Source of the DNA: Geosiphon pyriformis uo1
Lineage: Eukaryota; Fungi; Glomeromycota
Direction of reading: 5' to 3'
NCBI GenBank assembly: GCA_016748015.1
Contig: JAAOMT010000261.1
Span: 12,733 to 76,732 of the forward strand
Length of the DNA: 64,000 nt
The translations under genes were made by a program, and so were the position numbers. How positions within the stretch are numbered: the first letter of the stretch is position 1; each line of letters opens with the position of its first letter. The notes beneath the pieces were generated by a model, which made no database searches, was not told the origin of the DNA, and worked only from the letters and a program-made list of their open reading frames with translations. This document shows positions 24,601 through 37,500 of this stretch, one piece after another.

Positions 24601-26300
24601 CCTGTTTGTATTCATATCAGTGCTTCTAATAATTTCTTGGCAGGCATGATTCATGTTCTTCTTGACTGCAACTTATCTCTGGGTGGCTCTTTGGCCACTT
24701 CCTTTTGATTTCATGGTGAGATTCCAATGTCTGCTGTTCTGGATGAGTCAAAGTTTTTCAGATTTCTCCTTTTTCTTTAGTGGCACAGTATTGCCTTTGT
24801 TGACTAACTTTATGATCATCATGGTGCTGTGTTTAATTGGTATACCTTCAAGTGTTGGAAAAAATTGGACTTTTGTGGCTCTGTTTTTGAGTGGTTCAAG
24901 CTTTCTGTTATATTTTTTGATGGTATGGGCTTCTTTTCCGCTCTCTTCCCACTTTTGCATGGTGTTGGTCCTTTGAACATTTTTGAATCTAGCAACTTTG
25001 TTTCTGTTTGTAATTATCTCTTACAAACTAGTGCCAGCAGCTTATCAGTATACATGGATGGATTCCTTAGTGATTTGGGCACAGCCAGCTGTAAAGCTGG
25101 TGCTGCTGCATATTTTGAGGATATTGGTTTGGGTTTGGGTGTTTGTGTATCGGGTTTGATGTCATCTACTTTGGCAAAGTTACAAGCTATTGTACTGGTT
25201 CTTGAGTGTGTCTCCTTATTGAGCTCTGTTCTACTTTTTTCGAATAGTCAATCTGCTTTAGACACTTGTAAATTGAAATTGAGTCTGGCACATTCTGACT
25301 TTCATAATCAATGTTGGATCAAGCATTGTCATATAGTCAATGCTATTTACAGTAAGAATTTGGAAATCAGCTGGCATAAGGTAAAGAGTCACTCTGGCAT
25401 CTCAGGTAATGAATGTGCTAACACAATTGCTGGTGCTGCTTCTCTTTCTAAGTAGCACTTTCCTCCTCATCTGGATGAACATTTTTTGATTGCCAATGGT
25501 GGGATTGTTTCTGGCAATTTCAGACATTTTGTTCATAATATTTATCGTTCAGTTTGTTGTATGCACTGGGAAGTTGAGTCTGGTTCTAAGTTTTTGGCTA
25601 GTTGTTTGCTCTCAGAGGTTAATTGGCTTTGCTTATCATTGGTGTAACATTTTGATTTGCATATAACTGCCAGTTTCACCAGCAAACTCTTGGCTGATAC
25701 ACACACTTATTTTATGAAAACTTTGTACTACTGGCTGCTGATTGCTGTTTGGAAGTGTCTTTATAGTAGGCTGTATCCTAGTGTGTTGTGCTTATATTGT
25801 GGTAAGGTGAAGGTGTCGGATCATGTATTTTCTTGTGAAGTTAATAAATCTGCTTGGTGGTATTTATTGGAATCTCATATAAGCTCCTGGAAAATGGTCT
25901 TTGGTCTTTCTCATTTCTCTTTGGGTGTATTGCAGCTGTTGTCTTCCTGTGTCTCTGATCCTTCTGTGTTCACAGCTCTTTATAAAGGTTTTGTTTTTGA
26001 TAACTGGTTTTGCAAAGCTGTTTCCGTCTTTTGCAATCTCAAGGTTGTCAGTTTGAAGATTGTCAAATTTGTGCATTCTTTCAGTCTTGCTTTTAGAACT
26101 GATATCTAGTCAGTTTGTGCTAAGCATTGTGCTTACATGGAGAAGAATAAGTTGATTCTACTTGATAGTTCAACTCTTATCTCAGTCTTTGGTTTGGCTT
26201 CAAGGTTTTTTGCTGGTGTGGTTAAGTTGCTTGGCATTGCTGATGGTTTTGGTATTTGTTTTGGCTTCCGCAAATCCAGTTTCAGTTTATATAGCTGCAT
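21651..26300 (+). pseudogene. LINE ORF2 (APE-RT-RNase H-Cys), disrupted
   Basis: ATG overlaps the ORF1 stop (ATGA); many TGG>TAG/TGA and CAA>TAA stops. Confidence 0.88.
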
Positions 26301-27849
26301 AATATTGTTCTGATTGGCCCAAGTGGCTGGTCATGTGTAGAAAGTGCATAATTTACACTTAGTTTAGATCATTTCTTTGATGTATAGTATTAGGTTGTGT
26401 TTGGACCTCACTCGTTAAATATAAAAAAAAAAAAAAACATCAAAAAGTTTATAGATTACATTTTTGTAAATAATAATCTAATATTTACAGTCACAAGTTA
26501 TAGAATCAATATTATGTCTGAGTTTTTTGATACAAATTACAAAGCAATTTCAGTTGTAGTTAGTTTGAGTGATTTTTTAAATGCTTATTTTAATAATATT
26601 TATAAGCAAACCAATAAAAATCAATAAAAGTTCAAGATAAAAGATGTAAATAAAATTAAATAAGTGTATTTTAAGAAATGTTCTTTTACTAAATTATTGG
26701 TAATATCAAAAATGTTTAAGCAAACAGAAAATTTTGATAACTTAAATATAATATAAAAAGTATTAAAAAAGATTTTAGTGTATTCTGTTGATATAATGTT
26801 TTCAAAGTATTGATATAATAAATATAATTGTTCAAAAAACAAGTAGTTGTCAAAGTTTTTTAAATTAAAGCTGTTTGTTGTTAAAATTATTAAGAAATTA
26901 AACTCAGAAAATCTTTTGAAATTTAAGTATCTTATCAAAACTTGTTTAACTATTAATAGTACTAAGACTTTTAAAGTTATCAACATAATTCAAGATGATA
27001 TAAAAGTAATAGATATTATTAGACATTTATTAATAAACAAGAAAAAATATAAAAAATTTAAGTATTATAAATTAAAAAACATCTAAAAATGCTTTTATTA
27101 AAAAAACAATTAAAAAACATATGAAAAATTTTTGTTTTAACAAAAAATATATGATTAAAATTGGTTTGAATTACTTGGTAATTAAAAATAATTAGTAATA
27201 AATTTAGATAAAATAAAACTTAAGATTAATAAAATTATAAAAAATTGAATATAGAAACAGTTTATGTTTTTAAAGACATTTAATCTTTGGTTTTGTTAAT
27301 ATATGCTTTTTTTGGTATAATAAAAAAGATTAACATAGAAAAACTAATGCTAATAGTTAATAATTTACCTAATAGCAAAGCTGTTAGACTGTTTAAAATA
27401 TTAAATAAGCTTTAAAAGCATTGTAATAATATTATTATGAAGTGCTTTTTGGTTTTGTTGAATTTTTATTTGTTTTTAGACAATGTTTTAGCTCTTTAAA
27501 AAAAGATGTGAGTTTCAATAATTCCCAAGTTTTATAAATGAAATGATATTTTAATAAACACTTAACCAATTGTATTAATTAAAACAACCAGAAAAATTTT
27601 GTTTAAAATTTTTTTTAATTAGATCTCTTTAACATATAGCAATTCAATGTTTTTTACAGTAATAATTTTTTAGTGTTAAAAGATATGTTAATTCAGCCTC
27701 TTATTTTTGCTATTGGGTTAATTGTTAAAAATACTCTGAAAAAAAATAGTAAGCTTTAATTAATCTTGTAAAATATGCATAAAACTTATAATTTGATGAG
27801 ATGTTATTATCTGAAAACTAACTTATAATACATTAAAATATATAACTGG

Positions 27850-28723
27850 TGTTATGGTTTAAGAATTTAGCAAAAGAATTATAAAAATAATATAAACTAT
27901 TCAATCATAATATAGCGCAGTAATAATCTTAGAAAGATAATGATTAACATAGTAGCAAACATCATCTTGTGATAGTAGCAAGCACCAGTTTACAATAGCA
28001 GCCAACACCAACTGGTGATAGCAGCAAACACCAGATTGAAATATCAAAAAGAAAGTATTACAATGTGTTTTCTTATAGAACTACAAACATGTATATATAC
28101 AGTAGCTTTAATATTGGGAAAAAACAAACAAGTAATAAAAATCATAACTTATCAAGCAATAGATCCAATTTTATCTAACAAACTTCATTTTAAATCATAC
28201 TTTCAAATTAAATATCTCAAGAAACCTTTAAATTAAAAAGAAATGAAAAAGAATATTTAAAACTGAATTATTACAACCCAAAGTATTAAGAAACTTACTT
28301 GTATTATTTATTGAATAAAACTAACATTCATCAACTAAATCCCTTGGAAGAATAATCCTTGATCAAGATTATTCACATTGTTACTAATTAATAAAAGCTT
28401 TATTGTAAGAATTAGAAAAAGTGCTAAAGACTATTAACATTTTGTGTTTTTAGATTAGAGAAACATATCAGGCAATTGCAAAGATAGCCTTAGAGAAGAC
28501 CCCAGATAGTGGGTAGATTTCAGTTCAGCCTCTGAGAAGGAGTACATAAACACACACAACAATCAGGAATTGAAGAATAACTTGTATCGCAACATTAAAA
28601 AGAAAGCCTTCAGTATAACAGTGACATTATCACACAAATAGAATTGAGAAACTCACGAAAGACTGATTGCAATTAAAATGGGATATCAGCAATTAAATAT
28701 AACAAGAAAACCATCCCATAACA
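27850..28723 (+). mobile_element. Solo LTR family C
   Basis: TGTTATGG...CCATAACA flanked by CTGG/CTGG TSD. Confidence 0.95.
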
Positions 28724-29593
28724 CTGGTTTATTAAGTTTTTTGACAATATATATAGGAACAAAATCAATAAGATAATAACAAATTTTGGGCTTTTTAATA
28801 ATTACAAAATACATGATAAGTTAGATTAAAATAAGATTTTTTCTTTTTTTCTTTGGATAAATTTTTATAATCTTTTTTTATGTAAGATTAAAAAACATAA
28901 ACACTTATGTAAATATCAATTTAATATTAAGTTTGTGGCCAAAACTAACAGAATAGAAAATAATAAAGAAAAAACATCTTTTTTGTTACAAATATCTTTA
29001 TTAATAATACAATTTAGATTAGAAATAGCCAAACTTTTACTTAATATATTTTAAACATTACTAATAAGTTTTTTGATATCAATAATATTTCAATTAATAA
29101 TAAAAAAACTATGGCTATTTTTATTAACCAAAGTATTAAAACTGTATTACTTATAATTAATAACTTGCTAATTTCAATTGCAAAAAAAAGTAAATTGCAC
29201 AAATATTTGGGAATTTTTTTATTAATTAAAAATTTTTTTAAATCCAGTTTAGCTTAAGCTTATTTTAATATTAGGTTTTTTGTCAATGTAGTATTAAAAA
29301 AAGCAATTACATATAAACAGTTCTCTTATTTAATGTCAGTTATCTTACAATTCATAATTAAATATCAATTATAATTTAGTTTTATATCATTAAATATGTA
29401 TTATAAATAAGATATAGTAGTCAGAAAAAGTTTCAATAAAGCTTTGCATTATTTTTTTTTATATGGTTTAAAATTTTTTAAACAAGTATAGTTTAAAAAA
29501 AAATTGGCTTTAGTTATTGTATTTTTTAATGCTTTAGATATTTTTAGGTGTTTATTTGATTATTAGTTCTTAAATTTGCAGATTCTAAGATGG

Positions 29594-30463
29594 TGTTATA
29601 GGTAATTATTTGGGGTCTCAAAGCAAATAACAAACCTGTAACTTGGTGCTCAATTAATATAAGAATGTCAGTAATATTTGAAGGTTGTTTGTATCTAAAG
29701 GTCTTTGAAATCTGAAGGTTTGAATTGAAGTTTTTTGTATAGTAGACAGAGATTCAATAGTGTCTCAGTAGCCTCTCAGAATCGCAATTCCATCAAATTT
29801 TTTTCTCAGCATAGTGGCTGGTAATCTGGCAAAGATGCCTTTCTGGTAAGCTATTCTTAAATTATCAAACTTTATATCCTTTCTTTGGGGTCTTTTACCA
29901 GGTTATTCTTGACATTGATAACTCAACACTTTATTCTTTAGTTAATTAGTTAACAACAAGAAATAACAAAAGAAAATAAAAGAAAATTAAAGAAATAAGC
30001 CAAGACAATAAATATTAATATCCTATCAATAGCTGTAATTAAGAGCTATTGTTCCAGCATGGTTAAGTATCAGTTACTATCAACATAAAGTGTTAATAGT
30101 GAAGAATAAATTGAGATAGTGAATAGTTATTTATTGATATTTGTGAATAAAAAGGTTGCTTAAATTAAATCTAAACTGCAAGATTCTTTTTTTTTACTTC
30201 TAATGCTATCATTATATATACATAATTGAAATTTCTCAATTCTTTAATTCTTCACACCAGAAATCTTGCAATTCCTGGAATTCTGCAATTTCTTTGAGAG
30301 GAATCCTGAAATTCTGAAATCTTGTGATTTCTTATATAAAAATCCTGAAATTCTTGGAATCCTGCAATTCCTTTAAAAAAATTCTGGAATTCCATATTTG
30401 CTATGGCTACTTCTGATTGGCTAATTTATATGCTAATATACTTCTTATATTCTATAAATAACA
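29594..30463 (-). repeat. Family B 3' LTR
   Basis: TGTTA..TAACA ends; matches 48565-49405; gaaatcctgcaattc U3 repeats at 30260-30395. Confidence 0.92.
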
Positions 30464-30477
30464 TTATATTCTTCTTT

Positions 30478-31137
30478 TTAATATTAAGCTCTATTAAGAT
30501 CTCCTAATTTTAATTCTCCATCTTTGAGTATTTCTTGAACTTCTTTTTCAAGAATTACTTGTGTTATCTTGTTCTGTAATTTTTCAAATTGGGCATTGGT
30601 TATTTTTCTTATTTGGTTAATAGTAATGGAGTCCATTGCTGGATTGAGTAAGATTTCAGGTTGGTCTTGAAATCTGATTTGTAGTCAATAGATGGCTTGT
30701 GCTTATGTGGTTAGATTGTTTTTTCTCACAAATTGTTTCAGTCGTTATAATATTTTTGGGTCAAATAATCACTTTGTCTAATCCATATATAAGTTCTGAA
30801 TATTTAAGTGTTGTCCCAAGTGGAAATAACAAAAATTCTTTAGAAATTCTTGTATCTACCAATTTTAAGTTTCTTTGGTTAATTCTTGATATGGTGTGAC
30901 TCTTGTTGGTTCTTCTATTGCCACTTTTACTTTTAGTATTATTTTGTTAATAGTGTTTTCTGGTTTCCTCTGTACTTTGTATTGGAGTCTTTTTCTGATA
31001 TCTTTGTATTAAATAGTTTGTTGGTTGATAATAATTTCCATATTTTATTGTTAAATTAGTTGAAAGAGTTGTTGTGCTAACAAGTAAATGTTGTCAGTAA
31101 TTTCTATTTTTCTGATGTTTTTTGTCACATCTACCAT
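30478..31137 (-). pseudogene. Family B ORF3
   Basis: MVDVTKNIRKIEITDNIYLLAQQLF...INQIRKITNAQFEKL; similar to ORF3 of family A. Confidence 0.7.
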
Positions 31138-31158
31138 GTTTTTATATTCTTCTAGTTG

Positions 31159-32545
31159 TTTAATTTGATGTGTTGGTATCAATGATAATGATTGGTTCTA
31201 AATTCTGTAAAATCTTATCTGGTTGGACTAGTATTCTTTGTACTTTTAATTGTGGAATATTACTGATAAGTGATGACACCATATGGTGATATGGTTTCAG
31301 TTAATCATTATGTGCTGTTTTAATTAAAATTTTGTTGTTCAACCTTAATTTATAAGCTCCATTTTCTAGAATTTTTTCTATGTGAAATGGTCTGTTCCAT
31401 TTGAGGTCAAATTTTCCACTCTATTGTTTTTCTACTTTAATATAATATAAAAGTACTTTGTCTCCAATTCTGAATTCGACTGGTTTATCTGGTAATTGGT
31501 TATTGTGTCTTTTTTTTTGTTTTTTTTGTGATTTTTGGATGTTATCAGCTGCTCTTCACCATTTGTTTTCTAGTGTTTTCATTAAGTCATATGTTTTTCT
31601 CAACAATGTTCTTTGAAAATTTTCTTTTGTTATTGGTTCTGTTAGATATGTTTTGACTTCTATTTCAACTGGTAATATTGCTGTTTTACTGTATACTAAT
31701 TCAAATGGTGTTGTTTGTGTAGTGTCTTGCTTCATTGTCTAATAAGCAAATAATACTAATAGTATAAACAAATCTCATTTGTTCTGGTTTTCTTGGCTAA
31801 TTTTGGCAATTGCTTCATATAATGTTCTGTTAAATCTTTCAACTAACCCATTGGTTTGTGAATAGTATAGTAATAATAATGATCTTTTGATTCCAAATCT
31901 TTGACTTAATTCTGTTAATATTCTATTTACAAAGTAAGTTCTTTGATCTAATAATAGTTTTTTTGGACATCCATATTAACAAATTAGATCTTGATGAACA
32001 AATTTAACAATGGATTCTGCATCTGCTCTTTGAATGGCTTTTGTTTTTGGCCACTTAGTAAGATACTTTATGACTACTGTAATGTATCTGTTGCCTCTGC
32101 TGGTTATGGTTAATGGTCCAACTAAATCAATTTCAATGTGATTAAATGGTTGTCCTACTTTAATTGGTTTTAATGGTTTACTTGGTCTTGTTTCTCCTCT
32201 TTTTTGACAAGTATTACAATTTTGAACATATTAGATGATGTCTGGATATATTAATGGCCAATAATATTTTTTTCTGGTTCTTTTTATGGTTGTTTCTTTA
32301 TGAAAATGTCCTGCTGTTGGGTCTGAGTGCATGTTAAATAATATTGTTTCTTTCTCCAGTTCTGTAATTACTCTGGTTGGTTGATCTGAATTCTTTCTGT
32401 TTTTCCAATAAAGTATATTTTGGTAAGTAATAAAGTATTTGGATTGTTGTTTGATATGGCTTCATTTTTTTGAAGATAATTTCTTTTTGAACTGCTGGAT
32501 ATTAATATAATGTTAGAGTTGTTGATACTTTTATATATTTATTTT
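31159..32545 (-). pseudogene. Family B integrase
   Basis: NMHSDPTAGHF, DLVGPL, YLTKWP, QTNGLVERFNRTL, C-terminal LEPIIIID. Confidence 0.88.
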
Positions 32546-32572
32546 TTGTTATATTTTTGGTTTAAAATGTTT

Positions 32573-33555
32573 TTAGATTTGTTTCATTTATGACAAACCA
32601 TCAGCATTTCTGTTTTCTTTTCCCTTTTTATAATGTACTGTATAATTAAACAATGAAAGTTCTATTTTTCATCTGGCATAGCAATTATCTCCAAATTTTT
32701 GCTTTTGAATTGAAGTCAATTCTTTATAATTAGTGTAAACATTAAACTTTTGACTCAAGTATTTTTTTCATTTGATAACAGCCTAATAGATAGCTAAGTG
32801 TTCTAGTGCTGGAATTATATAGTTCTTTTTAGTTAAACTTAAGCTTCTGCTGACATAAGCTATTGGGTGTTCTCATTCATCTGGTTTTTTCTGAAATAGT
32901 ATAGCTCTTAATGCTTGACCAGATGCATTAGTAGTAATAATGAATGGTTTGCTGTAATCTGGATAAATTAATACTGGGACTTGAATAAGTTTTCTTCTTA
33001 GTATGTCAAAGGTTTTTTGTTGGGTTTCAGTTCATTTGTATTTGGTGTTCTTTATTTGGAGTTGGTGTAATGGTTGAGCTATTTTAGAAAAGTCTTTGAT
33101 AAAGTGGCAGTAGTATTCAGCAAATCCCAAAAATGCTCTTAATTCTATAAGATTATTTAATACTGAAAAGTTTTTAACAATCTCAATCTTATCTGGATCT
33201 ATTTTGATACTATTTTTGCTCACAACATGCTCCAAAAACTTGAGTTTAGTTTTTTTAAAGAAATACTTGTTTGCATTTAATTTTAATCTAGCTCTTCTTA
33301 GTCTTTCAAATACTTGTTAAAGATAGTATAAATAATTATTAAATGTTTTGAAAAACATGTTGGTGTCATCCAGATATACAACTACTAATTTCCATAATAG
33401 TTTGGTATAGACAATTTCCATGAGTTATTGAAATGTTGCTGGAGCATTCATCAAGCCAAATGGCATTATTTCAAACTCAAAATTTCCTTTTCAAGTTGTA
33501 AAAGCTGTTTTTTCTTTATTTTCTGGTTTCATGGCTACTTGCCAGTAATTACTGT
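32573..33555 (-). pseudogene. Family B RT (C-terminal part) and RNase H
   Basis: YWQV, PFGLMNAPATF, VYLDD, AFLGFAEYY; continues from 43373-43700. Confidence 0.88.
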
Positions 33556-34506
33556 TGTTACCAGTGGAATTTTAGCTATTAATTAGCATGAAATTATCTT
33601 CATAATTCTTATTATTAAGTAACATATTATTATCATTTCAATTATTACTTATTAATTAGCCAAATTATCAAATATTATTACTCAATCAATAATCCGATTT
33701 GTACTATAGAAATTAAGATAATCAAATTACACAATACCCTGAACCATTTAATATAATCAAAATTCGCCGAAATTAATGAAAAATAATTCGTAGAAATAAC
33801 TTGTAGTTTGCCGAAATGTATCTTTAGTTCACCCAAATTATAGAAAAGAGAAAAGTGCAAGTTCAAAGACTAGTACTACAACAAGTTGTATAAAAGAAGA
33901 GCTTTTTTCTTCAAAAAAAAATATTTTCTCATAGTATCTTATCATAGTATCTTACTTTAGATATCTTAATTGAAACAAATCACTCTTTACAAAATCAAAT
34001 AAAAATTAAATATTTGAAAACCAAATTCTTAAATTATTACACTTGAAATTTTCTCAACACAATTAACGTTTTGAAATTGATTAGCTATCAATTTCAATAA
34101 ACTGTTAGTGACTCCAGGCCTGGATAAAAAACGTTTCTCTTGATAAAATTCTATTTCTTTTATATTTCTTTTATTTTCTTTTATTTTTTTATTACAATCA
34201 TTAGGGTAGCCTATAGACGAGATTCCTGTAGAAGAGTTGACTTTCATAGTAAAGTAACTACACATTTTAGTGAGCTTCCAGATGAGCAATTCCTGGGAAA
34301 AAGTTGACATTTACTACAACATAACTACACAAAGTAACTGGCACGGAATTGGCCATTTCACTTATAAGCCCAGCAGTTCAAATTATAGGAGATAATTTGA
34401 AGGTAAATTCAATTACTGGAGGCCCAACTACTTCCTGGAAACGTAAATTCACAGCAAATCAACATTACCAACATTTAAGAAAAGAGACCAAAAACCTCTG
34501 GTAACA
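33556..34506 (+). repeat. Family A 5' LTR
   Basis: TGTTACCAG...CTGGTAACA. Confidence 0.95.
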
Positions 34507-34508
34507 TT

Positions 34509-34526
34509 TGGTGCTCTCCCACGGAA
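34509..34526 (+). promoter_or_regulatory. Primer binding site, family A
   Basis: TGGTGCTCTCCCACGGAA. Confidence 0.88.
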
Positions 34527-34552
34527 ATAACACAGCAACAACAAAATTCAAA

Positions 34553-37500
34553 GTGGTAATCACATCAAACACAACAACACTAGAGTATTATCAGTTAATT
34601 TACACCCACTGCAAGCAAAGATTCAACATCCCAGACGGAATTGAAGTTATCAAGAAATCAGTATACCAATACATTGAAAACCACATCAACAATTATCTTT
34701 TTGGAAACTACAACATTTCAAAAGTCAGAAACAACCTCTACAATAATTTAGTATACTATTCACAATTGGGAACAGAAAACCTAAACAGTGAAGCACTTGC
34801 TACCTATTTTCAAGAACTTAATTTTAACATTATTGAGTATTGTGAAAAAAAATACCCAGTACAGTCTCAATACTCTATTGACTTTGAATCAGAGACAGAA
34901 ACAAGCAACAAAGGCAAACAAAAATTGAAACAATACTCAAAAACCACTCCAAACACTCCAATACTACAAAAGACAACTGCTAAACATTTGTAAACACCTG
35001 AACAAGGAACCAGTGTCAAATTACCACTTTTTATTACACCATTTCCAATTTCACTTGCTCAGCCACAAACACTAAGTTCACCACTTAATTGTTTCTTCAG
35101 ACCAGAAGATTTTTAGTCACCTAGAAATCCTACTCAATAGCAGGAACCAATATTAACAAGTGCCAATATTATTGATTACTTACAGAAAAACAAAAGTAAT
35201 CATTCAGAGAGTCTGGAAAGTGAAGAAACTCAACTGCTTATATTGCAAAGATTCCAGAATTTACTGGTAAAGATAATAATACCAGTCTTCAAGAATGGCT
35301 TGAAAAAGTTCAAAAAACAGGAGATGCAAATGGTTGGACTGCAGCAAAAATGCTCAAAGCAATCCCATACTTCCTCCAAAGAACTGCAAGAGAATAGTTT
35401 GAAAATTTAGGAGAACTTTTTGAAAACTGGCAAGCATTCAAAGATGCTTTCTTACAACAATTCACTGACAACAATACCTCTATCACTCTCCGCAATTGCT
35501 TTTGCAATATTAAACAAGAAACATTTGAGACTATTATGACTTATCTTGGGAGATTCAACAAACTTCTTTGACAAATTTGACAATTAGAAACCAATGACTA
35601 CTATTCTGATGCCCAGATTTTGGATTAGTTTATAGCAGGACTAAAAGACAAATTGATTAAAAAAGTCTGTCCACATGTACCAGCAGACTTAGCAACTGCC
35701 ATTAGACATGCAAAAAACTATGAAATGGCAATGGAAGAAGCAAACTACACCAAACTTGTAAACTTAACTATTGGAAAAACCAGCTCAGCAGCTGAAGAGA
35801 AAATAGACCAACTCACAAAAAAGGTTGAAAACTACTTTACAAACCAACAACAACAGCAGCAACCCCAAAGATATTAATCACCACAATAATGCAACCAAAA
35901 CAACTTTGGATTACCATCCAACAACCAATCTCAAAGTTGTCATTATTGTGGGATCTCAGGATACTGGAAACGAGATTGTAGGAAATTACAGAGAGACCAA
36001 CAAAACAGAAGTAATTAACATTATCCTTTACCACAACAATCTTATTACCAACTTCTACCACCAACTTATTATTTACCAAGACCACAAAATCAAAACAGTT
36101 ACTATTAACCAGTTCTACAACCAATACAGCAACAATATCAGCAATCTTTACCAATTCAGCAATATCAGACACCATTCACTCAACAATATTAAGTACCAGC
36201 CAGAAGATTGGTTCAACATAATCTATTCATATTCCAAAATCAATTTTAGAATAACAACAACAGAATCAACCCAAATAACCAGTTGATTCCTCGAAATTCT
36301 GGTCAGCAAAGACCCAATCACTATCACATTCAATCCAGTTATCTTACAATGTCTGAAAAATCGGATTTTCAACAAACTGCACTTTCTGAAGATGAAGTTA
36401 CAGCACCAAGATCAAATCCTTCCAACAACAACACTATTCTATCAGCCCAAATTGCCCAAAATGCTAACCTTTTAGATATATTTTCATTCAAATTTAAAGC
36501 CAATGAATCACCATTTTTGCTTAGTAATACAGCAGCTAATGAACAAAAAGCTATCACTGCCATGTACACTGAAGCTACAGTAGAAAAAAAACCCATTTGA
36601 CTAATTTTAGATAGTAGATCAGCTGGAAGTATTATTACCTACCAGTTAATACAACATCTTCAAAGAACTGTTGACAGACCAGCCCAAACTGTAATTGTTA
36701 CAGCAGATAGTATGAAAAAGACACCAGTAAAAAAAATTGACAATTTCCTATTCACTATTGATAAAATCACCATTCCAGTCAAAGTTCTAGTCATAGATGC
36801 ACCCCAATATCAAGCTTTGGTCAGAAATTATTGGCTTCTTAAGGCCAATGCAAACTTGAACTGGGAAACTCAGGAATTAAAAATCTCATATCAAGAACAA
36901 TACACCATAGTACCTGTTACTTGTGGTACTTTCAACAAACAATTAGAAAAAGCCTCAGTATTTGAATTTGAAGAGAAGAAAGAAATGCTACTCACTGAAA
37001 CCTACATGGCTTTTAAATCAACATCCAATTGGGCTGAAGAAACAGAACAAGAGATTTTTGAAGAATCAAGAGGATGGAAGAAAGTTAGATATTCCATACC
37101 AGAATCATGAAAAGAACCATCATACATTTCACTAAAATGCAAAGATTGCAAAAAGAAGTTTTTATCTATGGAAGTCTGTATTTCTCTAGAAGAGAAATAT
37201 GAAACTTGCACTTGCTACTTCTGCAAAGCATGCCATAAAGAATGATTTGGATTTCCAAAGAGAAGTGGAAAATGGGACAACACACCTTGTCTTACTTGTG
37301 AAAATATGCTACCAGAAGAATACAACTGAATTGATGTTGCAATGAGAAGAAAAGTATGTGATCAAACCTGTCAATATGCTCTATCAATTTCGGAAAAAGT
37401 CAGAAGAAAAACACCATTTGATGCAGCATACAACAGTACTCTCAATAAACTCTACCACTACCCTCATGATGCTGAAATGATTTTTGACTTAGCAATGGCA

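Larger units (their letters stand above)
19571..26437 (+). mobile_element. Younger near-full-length LINE with APE, RT and RNase H, ending in poly(A)
   Basis: ORF1 has an RRM-like region and CAHCKQFGHISTTC. ORF2 has TCNVHG, TETKL, GGDFN, IDFLF, TDH (APE); PIALIET, AFVDD (RT); VYMDG, WHKVKSHSGISGNECAN (RNase H); CLYC..DHVFSC. A-tail at 26423-26437. Confidence 0.93.

Noticed and set aside
33552-33555. TSD centres as decayed CpG (CpG targeting)
   Set aside because: At 33552 and 29590 the centres fall in conserved Ser (AGT) and Trp (TGG) codons of the host element, so they were never CpG.
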